63,623 nt of DNA, filler included, from Klebsormidium nitens (GCA_000708835.1; 9 parts of 9 records of this genome joined end to end with filler, not necessarily neighbours in it); one strand, 5' to 3'; positions 1-12,042 are shown, counted from the whole stretch's first letter. Made by a program: numbers and translations. Notes: a model not told the origin generated them from the sequence alone.

Positions 1-298
1 CACGGTCGCCGTTGCCGAGCGGCGATGTGTCTTTATACCGTGCCGCAAGGTGCCGGCGGCACTGCCCGGCACCTTACCGGCGACCCCCGCTTTATCCGAT
101 GATTATGCGACGTGTCCAGGCCTTAAGCACCGAGGTATCCAAAAACTGATCAGCAGTGCATACCCAGGACGTTGGAAAGCTGACAAAGCTCTGTCCGCCA
201 GCTTGAGAAGGCATGCAAGTCGCTTCCCTGACGGACAAGCTGCGGTGATTCGCTATGGGACCACTATGCTTGGGCAGTGCTAACTTGTTAACCTGCAG

Positions 299-2523
299 TG
301 TCGTATAGGGCGTGTCGCAGCTGTTGACGTTCACAGAGATTGAGGAAGAGTCCCTGCAAGCGGTCGCGAGCGGCAGGAATAAGTAAGTCTTGCTGTCACG
401 ACGACGTTCACCTTTTGTCGCCTGCTCACTGAACACTCAATCGCATCGTTCGTGTGGTTAGTGTTGCGAGGTTTGAAAAGTATGGCCAACCTCGTTCACA
501 GGCACGACGTTCTGTGCGCTTAACCATCACTCAATGTGCCTTTTTGATGCAGCGGCACGCTTCTCGTTGCATACAAGAACCAAGACATCACGAGACAAAT
601 TGCCAAGAGTCTTCTGGCGCCGGACGGGTGGATTCACCAAGAGGTATGGTGAAGGCTAGGATCTAGGATGACGCAGTCCAAGCGCAGTGGTTCTTCTGCG
701 GACTCGAAAACTGTACTCTTCCTTCAAGGCAGATCGATTCCAGTACGTGTTTCATGCAACTTCAATGGCGCTTCCTAGTAGCACCTGACACTCCTTACAT
801 TTGAGCAAAGATCTCTTCCAAATGAACAAGCTGTTAAGGATCGCGGTCGATGGCTTCACGGGGTATGTTCAGTGCTGCTGGCAGAAACGACAGAACAGAA
901 TAAGCAGACTTTGGTCCTCTCCCCGCAGGTCATCAACGCCTACCTGTTTCTATTGAAAGACCGAGAGGTTCGTGCGAACAACGTCCACAGGAAGAATTTC
1001 CCCAAGTGCTACTTCTTCGAAACGATGTTCTACTCAGTGGTGAGTTTTATGAGAGGGCTTTTAGGGAGGGCGTTGATGCGGAAAGCGGGTTCCGCGTGGA
1101 ACACAAATCTTTGCGGGTTCTGGAATTACGTGTTTGTGTACTATCTGCATGTTTTCAGTACAAAATTGCTGATAGTACAGATTGTAAAGTTAAGCGGAAG
1201 CATGTGTCGCTTGTCTTTCTGTGCTCGCAATCATTTGAAAAACCGCCCCTTCTTTGCATAGCTTCACCCGTGGAAGGGCAAGTACAGCTTCAAAGACGTG
1301 CTGGCCAAGAAAACGTGGGTTCCCAAGGAGTACTTTATGGACTTCGACAAGGTGCGCCCAATCGGGGCTCTCATCGATCTTGGTGATCAATGATTCTACG
1401 CTGTATCGGAGTGCGTCAACGCGCTTTGAAAGGCTTCTGTCCTGGCAGTGTGCGCTTGCAGTCAGACATTGTCCATGCTCAGCTTCGTCACTGAAGGTCG
1501 CTTTCGATGGACTCTTAGTACGGTTGAGAGCGCTGGTGAGCGTGGTTGCAATTTCGGAAGAATGCAGGTATAGTTCAACCTTTGTCATCATCGTTTTTGC
1601 AGTTGATCTTTCCCATCAGTTTGCCGAATCACTGGGCTTTGGGCGTGGTGGACACGAAAAAGCAAACGGTCGAGTACCTGGACCCGGCACATGACGGCAT
1701 AGGAGAATACATGTACTCGGACGCAGGGGTCCCAGAAACTGTGCTAAGCGACCTCGTAAGATCCCGTAACTAGTTTGCTTTTCAATTCGTGCAAGTTTGT
1801 TGCGCGGGGACTTTTGAATCTCAAAGGTTCGTCCATGATTGCGTGTGGACGCGTTTCTTATGCTGCAAGCTAAGGTGGAATGAAGCCCTATTGACTTGTA
1901 TGACTGAAAAGCTGTAAGGTCTTGGATGATTCATTACTACGGTTGATCCTTGTCAGGCCGAATTCGTCTACGACGACTGTGTAAGGGAAGTCTCCGCGTT
2001 CGTCAAGGGCAGGCTCAGTGGCACGAAGCCGAGGACACCGAACACCGGATTGTGGGACTTAGTCGAGCGGGACGACATTCCCAAGCAGACGGATGCGTGA
2101 GTGGCCTGCACTCCTGTCTCGTCTCAGCTCCTCTATTCGTCGGAATCTTGGCAGGATGCGTATTGTTGTGAACGACTATTTAGCTCTTCAGGGAAGTCCG
2201 TTCATTGATTGCAAGAGGCTGTGCAGGGTCGCTCATTGAATGATTTGAAGGACCTCAATAGAAGACAGTTCGTTCACGCCTTGCGTCATATTGCAGGTCC
2301 TCCTGCGGGGCGTTCCTGATGAAGTTTGTTGAGTCCATCAGCAAGACCAAGTCAGCCGTAAAGGCATTCGGCTTCACCCAGGTGAGCATACTATTGGAAC
2401 ACACTGGCAGCAACTGACGGTGATCACCATTCTGCTGGCATCAGGACCTAGTGAACTACCCTTTTAAATTTACCAGGGAGGCTGATAATTGTCAAACGGC
2501 GGCAGGCAGAAGTCGGAGGCAAG
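299..2523 (+). CDS. Ulp1/peptidase C48 SUMO protease (ESD4/SENP1-like catalytic domain), multi-exon; 5' and 3' ends uncertain
   Basis: Exons with GT-AG borders and consistent phases (~299-382, 553-643, 929-1039, 1262-1351, 1603-1755, 1957-2096, 2297-2381; tentative 2506-2523) give ...NQDITRQIAKSLLAPDGWIHQE|VINAYLFLLKDRE...KCYFFETMFYSV...LIFPISLPNHWALGVVD...VEYLDP...DIPKQTDA|SSCGAFLMKF. His (HW), Asp (YLD), oxyanion Gln and Cys (xCG) match the C48 pattern. Confidence 0.85.
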
Positions 2524-4533
2524 GTAAGTGGACTGATCGCTTTGCCTTTTTGTACTTTTCTTGTGGACCAATGGGGCGGATCCCATTACGAAGCTGAGCG
2601 CTCGTTGGAAAGACGGCAGGCAGCCTGAGTTGGGGTCAAGGTGGACCGACGTCTTTCTAACTATGTATCCATCCTTTTTTAATCGACCAGTTGCAAGGCT
2701 TGACCAGGGGGGTGTCCTGATTGAATCTCGGAGGCCCCTGAGAGTCGGACGGGAAGGCGGCGGGAAGGATTTGCATCAAAGGAGAGCGACATGTATTTGC
2801 TCTTTGTGATCCTCCGTGATCGACTCTTCTCGAAGCTGAGCGGTGGATGGTAGTAAGGCGGCGGGACCAAGTCGGAGTTAGGGGGGACCGACATCTTTGC
2901 TTTCGTGTTTCCGTTTATCTGATCCAGGCGTCTGATTGCATATCACTGCAGCTGAGCGCCGGTCTGAGGCGGCATGCCTGAGGGGTGAGGAAACAGGTCA
3001 CGTACGGATAGTATACTATCTTTTTCCTTGTGTCGCTCAACTTCGAACTGACCTCGCCACTTCGCTTTTACAGAAGGACCTGAAGCACTTCCGCAAAACG
3101 TGTCCTCGTAGACCTCGTGGAGAAGTCGGCGAAGTTCTGACGGCAGCGGGACGATTCAGAAGTGCTTGGCAGCTGGTCAGCGGTCCGGGCAGTTTTAGGA
3201 GAGAGGCTGTTTGAACAATGACAACAATTGTAACGCTCCGACTCTCTTGTTGTTAGTTCCGCTTCATGATAGCAATTTGTTCCCAATCTCTTCATAAACT
3301 ATCTGCGCATGCATCCTCCGCATGCATGACTGTACAAACTGTTGCGCTAGCCCCGTATCCCGACGTAGATCCGGTAGTATGCGATCCCCCCGAGATGTTA
3401 TCCGAGACATGCCACTGCCTGTGCGATACTACCACCGGCATCGTTGGACGGCTCTATCGGTACCTAAACCGGGGGTCATGTATCGGTGCCTCGGCCGGCT
3501 CGTCCGATACCGTTCGGGAGCGCATGTACCGGTGCATAATTATTGGTACACGGCCGGGACCTTGCCGGGACCGGATACTACCGACCGAGGCAGCTAGTAC
3601 CGCACTGGGGGAGGTCGGGACTGGTGTACCGGTCGGTAGACTCCGATACTATAATGGTCTGCTCCGTTTTTTCCGACGTGATGCTTGTCATTCAACAATG
3701 AAGCTATGAAGATGTACTTTCATTGAATCCGAACAAATGATCTGACAATCTCGGGGCTACAATTTCGCCCGCAATTTCGTTAATGCAACATTATCCAATT
3801 TGAATTTTGCTCCAACATTGTGAACGGTTAAACCTCTTCAAATCATGGCAGTAGGTATTGCATTAAAGATCTTAAGATTTGTACCGTATGTACATGCAAA
3901 CATTTAGGTACACGGGCATGCAAACCTACGTACCTATATATAGTACCTACCAGTCTTCATGCTCGCCTAGGAAAGCGCATGAAGGCCTAGCCCCCAGCGA
4001 TAGCCTACTTAAGTCAGGTAGATGATGTGTCTCGATGGCAATGTGGACTCGCCGTCCTGCCAAGTGCTGAGGTCTTTTGCCGGACTTGGGACTCTTCAAA
4101 ATTGAGGCCTTTCTGACAGTGCTCCAGGATTTATCATTTTATGTAGATTTTGACTCTGAGATCTGCTGTTCACACAAAGAGCATGGCTGCCAACAATCGT
4201 TCCGGGCCAGCGGCCCTGGCCCCTGGGAGAGTGTCAATCCAGGAACGCATAATCCAGGCCCGAAAATCTAGAAAAATCCCTTCCGGCCTGCCGGTTGTAT
4301 TTAATATAGGTACAATTTGTAAGTTTCGCCCAGTAGGCGATTCGTGGCAACTTCATGTGCATAAATTAATATATTTCATATATGAACTTTGTGTGCTTAT
4401 ACATTCTTCGATATTCCTGAAGCACTGGGCACTTGCCGTTCAACATGACGCCCGACCCGTCACATGTTGATTCAGTGTCAAAGTACATTGATTTGTCGTA
4501 AAAACAATTCGGGGTGACACAAGTTCCCGGTCA

Positions 4534-5939
4534 TTAAGGTAGAAGTAATGGCATTCAACCGCCTGCAAAACCCTAGGTCACGTTTTGGGTCACGAAATGC
4601 CCCACAGTTAACCAAATCGAGTCGCGAGCTAGTTTTTGCATTCAATGATTGGGTTCGAGGCCCCAAGGGGGGTCCTAGGACCCGGGTTTTGAGGTGTCTC
4701 GACCCCTCGAGCCACCCCTACCAACCGAGGATTCTTGGCTCTCTCAGAACTGGGGGAGTCATATTCTATCTTTCGTAGCTCTCATATGGCTGTACAGATG
4801 ATGGCGGAAAGGGGCTTGGACGACCTCGGCCCATGCAGAGATATCGCACATTTTCGGGCGGGAGGAACTGTAGAAGAATATCGAGGTTTCCAGTCACCCG
4901 TCTGTCAGAAACCNNNNNNNNNNNNNNNNNNNNNNNNNNNNNNNNNNNNNNNNNNNNNNNNNNNNNNNNNNNNNNNNNNNNNNNNNNNNNNNNNNNNNNN
5001 NNNNNNNNNNNNNNNNNNNNNNNNNNNNNNNNNNNNNNNNNNNNNNNNNNNNNNNNNNNNNNNNNNNNNNNNNNNNNNNNNNNNNNNNNNNNNNNNNNNN
5101 NNNNNNNNNNNNNNNNNNNNNNNNNNNNNNNNNNNNNNNNNNNNNNNNNNNNNNNNNNNNNNNNNNNNNNNNNNNNNNNNNNNNNNNNNNNNNNNNNNNN
5201 NNNNNNNNNNNNNNNNNNNNNNNNNNNNNNNNNNNNNNNNNNNNNNNNNNNNNNNNNNNNNNNNNNNNNNNNNNNNNNNNNNNNNNNNNNNNNNNNNNNN
5301 NNNNNNNNNNNNNNNNNNNNNNNNNNNNNNNNNNNNNNNNNNNNNNNNNNNNNNNNNNNNNNNNNNNNNNNNNNNNNNNNNNNNNNNNNNNNNNNNNNNN
5401 NNNNNNNNNNNNNNNNNNNNNNNNNNNNNNNNNNNNNNNNNNNNNNNNNNNNNNNNNNNNNNNNNNNNNNNNNNNNNNNNNNNNNNNNNNNNNNNNNNNN
5501 NNNNNNNNNNNNNNNNNNNNNNNNNNNNNNNNNNNNNNNNNNNNNNNNNNNNNNNNNNNNNCAGGGGTTTCTGACAGACGGGTGACTGGAAACCTCGATT
5601 TTCTTCTACAGTTCCTCCCGCCCGAAAATGTGGGATATCCCTGCATTGGCCGAGGTCGTCCAAGCCCCTTTCCGCCATCATTTGTACAGCCATGCATATG
5701 AGAGCTACGAAAAATTGAATATGACCCCCCCCAGTTCTGAGAGAGCCAAGAATCCCCGGTTGGTAGAGGTGGCTCGAGGGGTCGAGACACCTCGAAACCC
5801 GGGTCCTAGAACCCCCCTGGGGCCTCGAACCCAATGCAAAAAACTCGACTCGATTTGGTTAAGTGTGGGGCATTTCGTGACCCAAAACGTGACCTAGGGT
5901 TTTGCAGGCGGTTGAATGCCAATGATACTTCTACCTTAA
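4534..5939. mobile_element. Non-autonomous foldback/TIR element with ~380-bp TIRs and TTAA TSD (Kolobok-like GG...CC ends)
   Basis: 4538-4913 is the imperfect reverse complement of 5562-5935. Ends read TTAA|GGTAGAAGTA...TACTTCTACC|TTAA, and flanks diverge immediately outside TTAA. The centre is an N gap (4914-5561). Confidence 0.8.
4914..5561. other. Assembly gap (648 N)
   Basis: Run of N between the two inverted-repeat arms. Confidence 0.99.
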
Positions 5940-7045
5940 AACCGTTTATGTGACGACTTTGTCGACACAGCGGACGTTCTTTGCCTGCGCACGTACTCGA
6001 CCGAGGGCCTTCTGGGCTCAATAAAAAGGGCTCTCCTCTATACTAAGTCCGGCCGCACAACGCTTTCTCTCTGCCAAGGCAGAGGATAAGTTAGTTGGCA
6101 TCATTGGATTTGATTCCAATTTGTGAAGCCAGTAAAATTCATTGGCAAGCAAACCCCGAATTAAACCTGCATGACCGTACCGCCAAAAGAATTCACCAGA
6201 AAATAAATATTTTGGGGTCGGTGTAAAAATATGGAAAAACTACATTGGGACCTGAGGGTGAAAAGGCGAAATAAAGAAAATGATTAAAAATACCCCTTTT
6301 CTGCTGATTTGCCTGGCAAAATATCAAAATTCTGATTTGTGCGAAATGTAAAATAAATATCTGAATCGCAAGAAAACGTGACGAGACACCTAGAATCAAT
6401 AAACCTTCTCACGTGCCACGGTGCAAATTAACGAAATTTCGGACTCGTGCCACAAAACGAGAAGCGCTATCATGCTGATTCCTACCGTCGGCCGGTCCAG
6501 ACTCCAAGCTGCTTCATCGACCGCTCAGAAATTTTCAAAAGAGCCTTTGATAACCGTTCGATGCGCACGTTTCTCTGGCGCCCCGTTGCGATGCTTTCAT
6601 CAATCATTAAATCCTCATGAAAAGCGGACGGACCGCCAGAATATATCGATGAAACAATATCTAAATGAAAGTAAAGTCAAGGTTTCAGTACCGTCGATGC
6701 CGCTTGAGGAGGCATCGACGGCCTCGACCATGTGTGGTTTCAGGACCTACCGACTCCTCGACGGTACCCGGGGATTATGACTGATGTTATTCACCGGGCA
6801 CAAAATGCATTTTACCTATCTCAATACAGTGACCCGGCAGTGTCACCGGGAAAACTGAGAGGTCTCCGGGAAGTAGCTCGGCACCATGCCGGTGCCCGGT
6901 CGAGGAGGACCGGAGTCCCGCATCCAAGCAAACAGATCATTCTGACAAAGGTCAGACCATCAACCAATGCCTGCACAGATTGACGCCCTATGAGAGTATT
7001 TACTCTGACAGATCGACCGGAGACACTAATATAATAGTGTAGATT

Positions 7046-7118
7046 GTCCCTTTTGCGCCAGTGGCTAGCGCATCCCTCCGACCACCGGGGGACGTGGGTT
7101 CGATTCCCACAAAGCCCA
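7046..7118 (+). pseudogene. tRNA-derived sequence (tRNA pseudogene or SINE head)
   Basis: D-arm GCGC-CAGTGGCTA-GCGC (7055-7071), perfect T-arm GTGGG-TTCGATT-CCCAC with B-box GGTTCGATTCC, and tRNA-like spacing. The acceptor and anticodon stems carry mismatches. Confidence 0.7.
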
Positions 7119-7122
7119 ACTT

Positions 7123-7935
7123 TGGGCCCCGGGTGACCATGCATATTAGCATACGGTCTACAAGGATTTTGGGGCCGTGGCATACGGCATATCGGCCAAA
7201 AACGGATTTGGCATCCGGCATATTGGTATCTGCAATATGCCATGCCAATATGTCTACTAAGATAGTCTAATATTCGTGTATTCTGGCCCAGTGGCCCTGA
7301 ATGCGGTACACTTCAATTCCGAATGTCTTGATATCTTCTGGCTTATGTATTTCGTTTATAAAGCTATGAGCAAACAATACCAGCTATTATTTATACCTTA
7401 TACATTATATATCGCATGTTTTGTCAGGTTATGTGATGTTAGTTTCAGAGAAGTCGATTGAGTTAAAGTGAAAACTTACACAAGAAACTCGAAAACCTCT
7501 TGAGAAATGCGAGCGGAGGCGTATATTAGATGGACCGCTCGCTTATGCTTTGCGGTTGAGTGCAGGCTTCGGCCGAGGTCCTCAAATACGGCCGGGACCA
7601 TACGGAGCCAAGCATTACAAGATCACCAAACACAGTCCCTCGCATTTTTGCTCTCGAATAAATAGTGGAATTTAATGTTCTTGCAAGTGGTGATCGAGCC
7701 TGTTACATTCGAGTACGGGGCTGCCTCGAAATAGTAAATCGGCAGGATAATTAGGTGTATGCCGTCGTTTTTGAGCTGTATAAGGCCATTTTCAAGCCAA
7801 AAAAACAAAGATTTAGCATATATGCTGATTGCATATTGCATAACCCAAAAAGAGGCGCTCGGCATATGGCATAACGGCCAAAATTCGGCTGGCATATGGC
7901 ATATTGAAGTCGAAATATGCATGGTCCGGGGCCCA
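7123..7935. mobile_element. MITE-like TIR element, TG...CA ends, 6-bp TSD CAACTT
   Basis: Left end TGGGCCCCGG(GTG)ACCATGCATATT and right end AATATGCATGGTCCGGGGCCCA. CAACTT lies at 7117-7122 and 7936-7941. GGCATA-rich subterminal direct repeats at 7179-7225 and 7861-7906. Confidence 0.75.
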
Positions 7936-8351
7936 CAACTTTCATGCAAGGGGCCTGCTTGTTCCCGGGCTTGCTGCTCTGCGGCTGCCACTGCCGAACG
8001 GTTCCACTGAACAGTGAAGTAGCCTGGCTCTCGATCTTGGACTCCGAATTTAGAACTCGATGCTGACGTAGGCCAAGATAAGAAAACTTCAGACTGGTGT
8101 CGGACGCGCGTTCGAGTTTCGACTAGGGCGGTAACGGAGACCTACTGTCCAGTCGATGTTGCAGTCAGTAACAGAATATAGAAGCGTTACAAGCGGGAGA
8201 GGGGGGGTACCTCCACTAAGTATAATGTTATTAACCAAGCTTTCTAATGATTGGAGGCAGGCTCCAAGATCGAGATCCGATCGATCGGCCGCACTGCGCA
8301 ACGGGCCGCCGGTCCGCCGCAACCGTCTCCAATGTACGTACTATATCAACT

Positions 8352-9088
8352 CAACCCAGCCTCACAGATTTTATGAGGAATCTCTCATATGACCCAAGTC
8401 CGGAAAATGGTAATATTGCCATAAGTCTTGAAATGACGAAACTTCCATACTGGTATGAGAAAATTGAAAAGGGTGTATGAAGAATCAGAGTGCTGCGGCG
8501 CGGATATGTGCCACCCGGTGTGCTGTCGCCCGGCGGGCCCCGGGCTCAGCAACATATCCACAGCGAGGTATCTGCACCGTCCGATCGACTGTGCACGGCT
8601 TAATATCGACCGTGCAGGACGGCCGAAGCGACCGTTTGACCCACGAAGAATTGCTCGCCGCGACCCTGTGGATTGCAGTACATAAGGGCGGCGCCCCTTA
8701 TTGGAGGGGGTGGGGTGGTGGTCCGCGACGGCTTGCCCCGGTGCCACCAACACTGCAAGTCCACTAGCATTAGGGTCTCGCACACTACCCGGAGAGCAAC
8801 CGGGCCCTCCCTGTGACATTAGGGTCTCGCGGGCAACCGGGTGACAACCGGGCACCTCCCAGTGACATTAGGGTGTCAGTGTCAGGGTGTGGCGGTCACA
8901 TTATCCTAGGTTTTTAGTGTGCCCGGTACTTCCCTGTGACAACCGCCCGGGGATTCAAATTCACCATAAGCTCTGAGCAGATTCTCCATACCGAACTGGA
9001 AGTTTCGTCATTGACTTATGACTTATATGCCAATTGCCGGCCTTGGGTAATATGAGAAATTCCTCATAAAATCTGTGAGGCTGGGTTG
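8352..9088. mobile_element. MITE with ~110-bp imperfect TIRs, CA...TG ends and 7-bp TSD (P-element-like signature)
   Basis: The first 30 nt CAACCCAGCCTCACAGATTTTATGAGGAAT are a perfect inverted match to the right end. ATCAACT is duplicated at 8345-8351 and 9089-9095. Internal ~50-bp CATTAGGGT repeats at 8769-8880. Confidence 0.8.
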
Positions 9089-10947
9089 ATCAACTACGGT
9101 ATCACGTGACATGTGGCGGCTGCATAATCGGCGTTATCCCGATTCCCGGCCCCCGGCCGGCGAAAAGAACTTGCGACATGCAAATTGCAATGATCATTTG
9201 ATCCCTCTCTTATAATGTTACACTATGGTACACTGTACACTGCTACTGTAAATTATTATCAGGGCCGTAGATACGATAGATACGGTAGCCGTGCACGGTA
9301 CCTAGTACACTCCCTACGCCACGATGACCACTGATGCCAGCGATATGTGAATACGTGATCACGGGACACTACCATACGGTACGTGACACTACGATACGTG
9401 ACGAAGCTGACGAAGTCATGCTACTGTAGGAGTTTCAGGAGTTCGAGGTGCCAATGCATGAGAGTAAGCTGAGCAACAATGCCGCTCAAATGCGGCTCAC
9501 CAAGCGCCCCACGGGGTTGCCACAGGCTTGCGGCACAATGGCGGCGCCCTTAGCGCCTTCGGTCTTTGACCAGCGCCTTGAAGTGCTAGCCAGACTAGCC
9601 AGACTCGTCGACCAGATCTGGCTGCACTCCTTGTACTACTGGAGTCTATTCGGAATCTACTCTGTCGCTAGACTGACTGGGCGGTAGGCCAACCCTTGGG
9701 GATAAGCAGCTGTACCCTATTGGTTGCCACGGCGCCACGTCGCAGAAAATCGAATCAATATTCGATTCGTTGTCGGAATTTTAAATCGCCGTGGATCGTG
9801 AAAGCGGAATTTCGGGCCTGCTCGCCTTGATTGCCTAAGCGAAACCAAGACGGTCGCGGCTGGCGAGGCCAAAAGCGTTTCGCGGGGGCCGACTTATGGA
9901 CCGCCGATGGCAGGCGATCTCGCGCCTCGCGACCGGGCCGGCCTGCCAGGGGATCGCGCCTGGTACAGTTACTAATTTTCCGCCGGTCCAAATTCGCCGC
10001 GGAGTACAGGATTTCCGCCTGTACCAAATTTTGCTCGCTCAGCGGGTCGGTCGCGCCGGAATTTGAGCGAATTTTGAAGCGAATTCGCCCGCGATCGGAC
10101 GGCGGCGAATCCCGCTCGGCCAAATTCGCGTTAATTTGTTGAACGTAAATCCTCGCGAACTTCGACTCGCGACCAGCCGACAAACACTAAACTTAAGCTA
10201 CATTGACGCGAGACCCTAACCCACACCCTAAGGCGTTCGGCCGGCAACCTACCCCCACCCACCCTAACCCCCCGACCTAACCCCACCAAAGTCACTCGGT
10301 TGCTCGGATTGCTGGTGGCTCTGGCGTCGACAGTCACTAGTACGGTTCGGAAAAAGTTCGGCTACTTTGTCCATTTTGCGGTACTGACTATTAGGGACTG
10401 GTGACATCGGAGTTATCTGACGGCCCGGGGGAAGCCTCCGGAATAATCTCCACCGTCCGATGGACCCCCCCATTGAAAAAAAAGTTGACTCCAAAAACAC
10501 TCGCAAGGCCGGACTCCGGACCGGGTTAGCCCTCGGTTAAATCGCAACTCGCCTCAGATCACTCGCGCCGCAATCGACGGAACCGCAAACCCGACTCGAC
10601 CCACCGGGCACTGACCCCAGTCTGACCCCTCCCTGAACATCCGGAGCACAGCTGCCACGTGGCGTATCCAAACGAAAATTGAAAACCACTGGTGACTGAA
10701 CGTGCCCTAAATCTACTGGACAGTTATTGCTGTTCACGTTACGTAAGTCCCCGTCATGCAGCCCCTGGTACATACATACCTGTAACTGCTTTGAACCTCA
10801 AGTCCAAGACCGGCTAGCAGTGATGCCACCCCTGCTAGTGCTTGCGGCTGAGTATCCCTGAGCAACTTTAGTCACCAACTTGGGAAGCTCACACTTTCTT
10901 CTGCGGCAGATACGCATCTCTTATTTTCTTTGCGCTGGTCAAGCAGC

Positions 10948-11460
10948 ATGGCTAATCTCATAAAATTGCCCGCGATGGATGACAGGCAGCTTCAGCAGGA
11001 GTATGAAACAGCCGAAGGAGAGCATTTGCGGGCTGTGACCAACGAGCTTGTGAGGCGCAGCAGGGCGGAAGCAGAGGAAGCTAGGGACGCCCTTGCAGAA
11101 GAGAGAGCCAACTCTGAGAGGTTCAGGGCTGCAGTCAACCGCCTTGCTCTGCAGCATGAGTATGTCCTACGAGAAAATGATGTTTTGGGAGTTCCGGTGG
11201 CATACTTTGATGCAGTGTATCCATCCAGATTGCCTTGTTCCTTGCAAGCTCGTTATGGTATGACGTATGCGTAACGTTTTTCTGACAGATTCCCAGACTC
11301 CATGGATCGCACCACCCTGCAAGAGTACCTGGCCAACAACAACTTGGTGACTGGTGTACCTGAATCTACTGTCTTGCCTGGAGAGCGGCCCAGGGCCTGG
11401 ACTCGGAGCGACTTGACCGATTTGCAGCTTGTTCGAAATTACTGCAACATAGCTCAATGA
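10948..11460 (+). CDS. Orphan two-exon protein (127 aa), N-terminal predicted coiled coil
   Basis: Exon 1 is 10948-11159 (donor GTATGT) and exon 2 is 11289-11460 (acceptor TCTGACAG). Phases match and give MANLIKLPAMDDRQLQQEY...ALQHEFPDSMDRTTLQEYLANNNL...RNYCNIAQ*. Confidence 0.6.
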
Positions 11461-11760
11461 TGCTACTTACTTCTGAGCACTTTTGAAAAATTAGATAAGG
11501 TAATGGCAGGCCTTGCAGAATAGGGACTTTAATACCTTTCATATTCTGTATCCAACTTTCAGCCATTGATTGACATTAACTTTGATACACTGAGCCCTAC
11601 TCGAGCGAGTACATTCCTTGACTGGACGGCAATGGTACGGTTGTATTCTGTAGATGTACTCGGAAGGCAATAGTTGACGAATTGGAAACTGCTCGAAGTC
11701 TGAAGCTGCTACTCTCTCTTGTTCGTAACGGGCCTATTTTCGGGGCAAGGAAGAACTCGA

Positions 11761-12042
11761 GTGCCCAGGTCCAACAGGGTTTTCTGAGCTCCCAGGTCTA
11801 CAGGGTTTGTTGAGCTCCCAGGTCCAACAGGGTTTTTTGAGCCCCCAGGTCTACCCCAGGGTTTTGTGAGCTCCCAAGTCTACAGGGTTTGTTGAGCTCC
11901 CAGGTCCAATAGGGTTTGTTGAGCTCCCAGGTCCAATAGGGTTTGTTGAGCTCCCAGGTCCAACAAAGTTTTCGAGCACCCCATGGTTTTCTGAGCTCCC
12001 AAGTCTACAGGGTTTGTTGAGCTCCCAGGTCCAACAGGGTTT
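11761..12042. repeat. Minisatellite, ~26-27-bp unit GAGCTCCCAGGTCCAACAGGGTTTGTT, roughly 11 copies
   Basis: Directly visible tandem units with GGTCCAA/GGTCTA variants and no unique spacers. Confidence 0.9.

Noticed and set aside
4735-5834. Long ORFs spanning N runs (also 27487-28172 and others)
   Set aside because: Length comes from X residues; no coding evidence.
7046-7118. Functional tRNA gene
   Set aside because: Three acceptor-stem and two anticodon-stem mismatches, and no poly-T terminator.
10214-10285. Interstitial telomere
   Set aside because: Only scattered CCCTAA-like motifs, no tandem array.
10335-10350. CACTA element end (CACTAGTACGG); also CAC-starting motifs at 1, 6411 and 9728
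   Set aside because: No matching inverted partner or TSD found in the window.
11761-12042. CRISPR-like array
   Set aside because: Units are contiguous with no unique spacers, no cas genes, and the context is eukaryotic.
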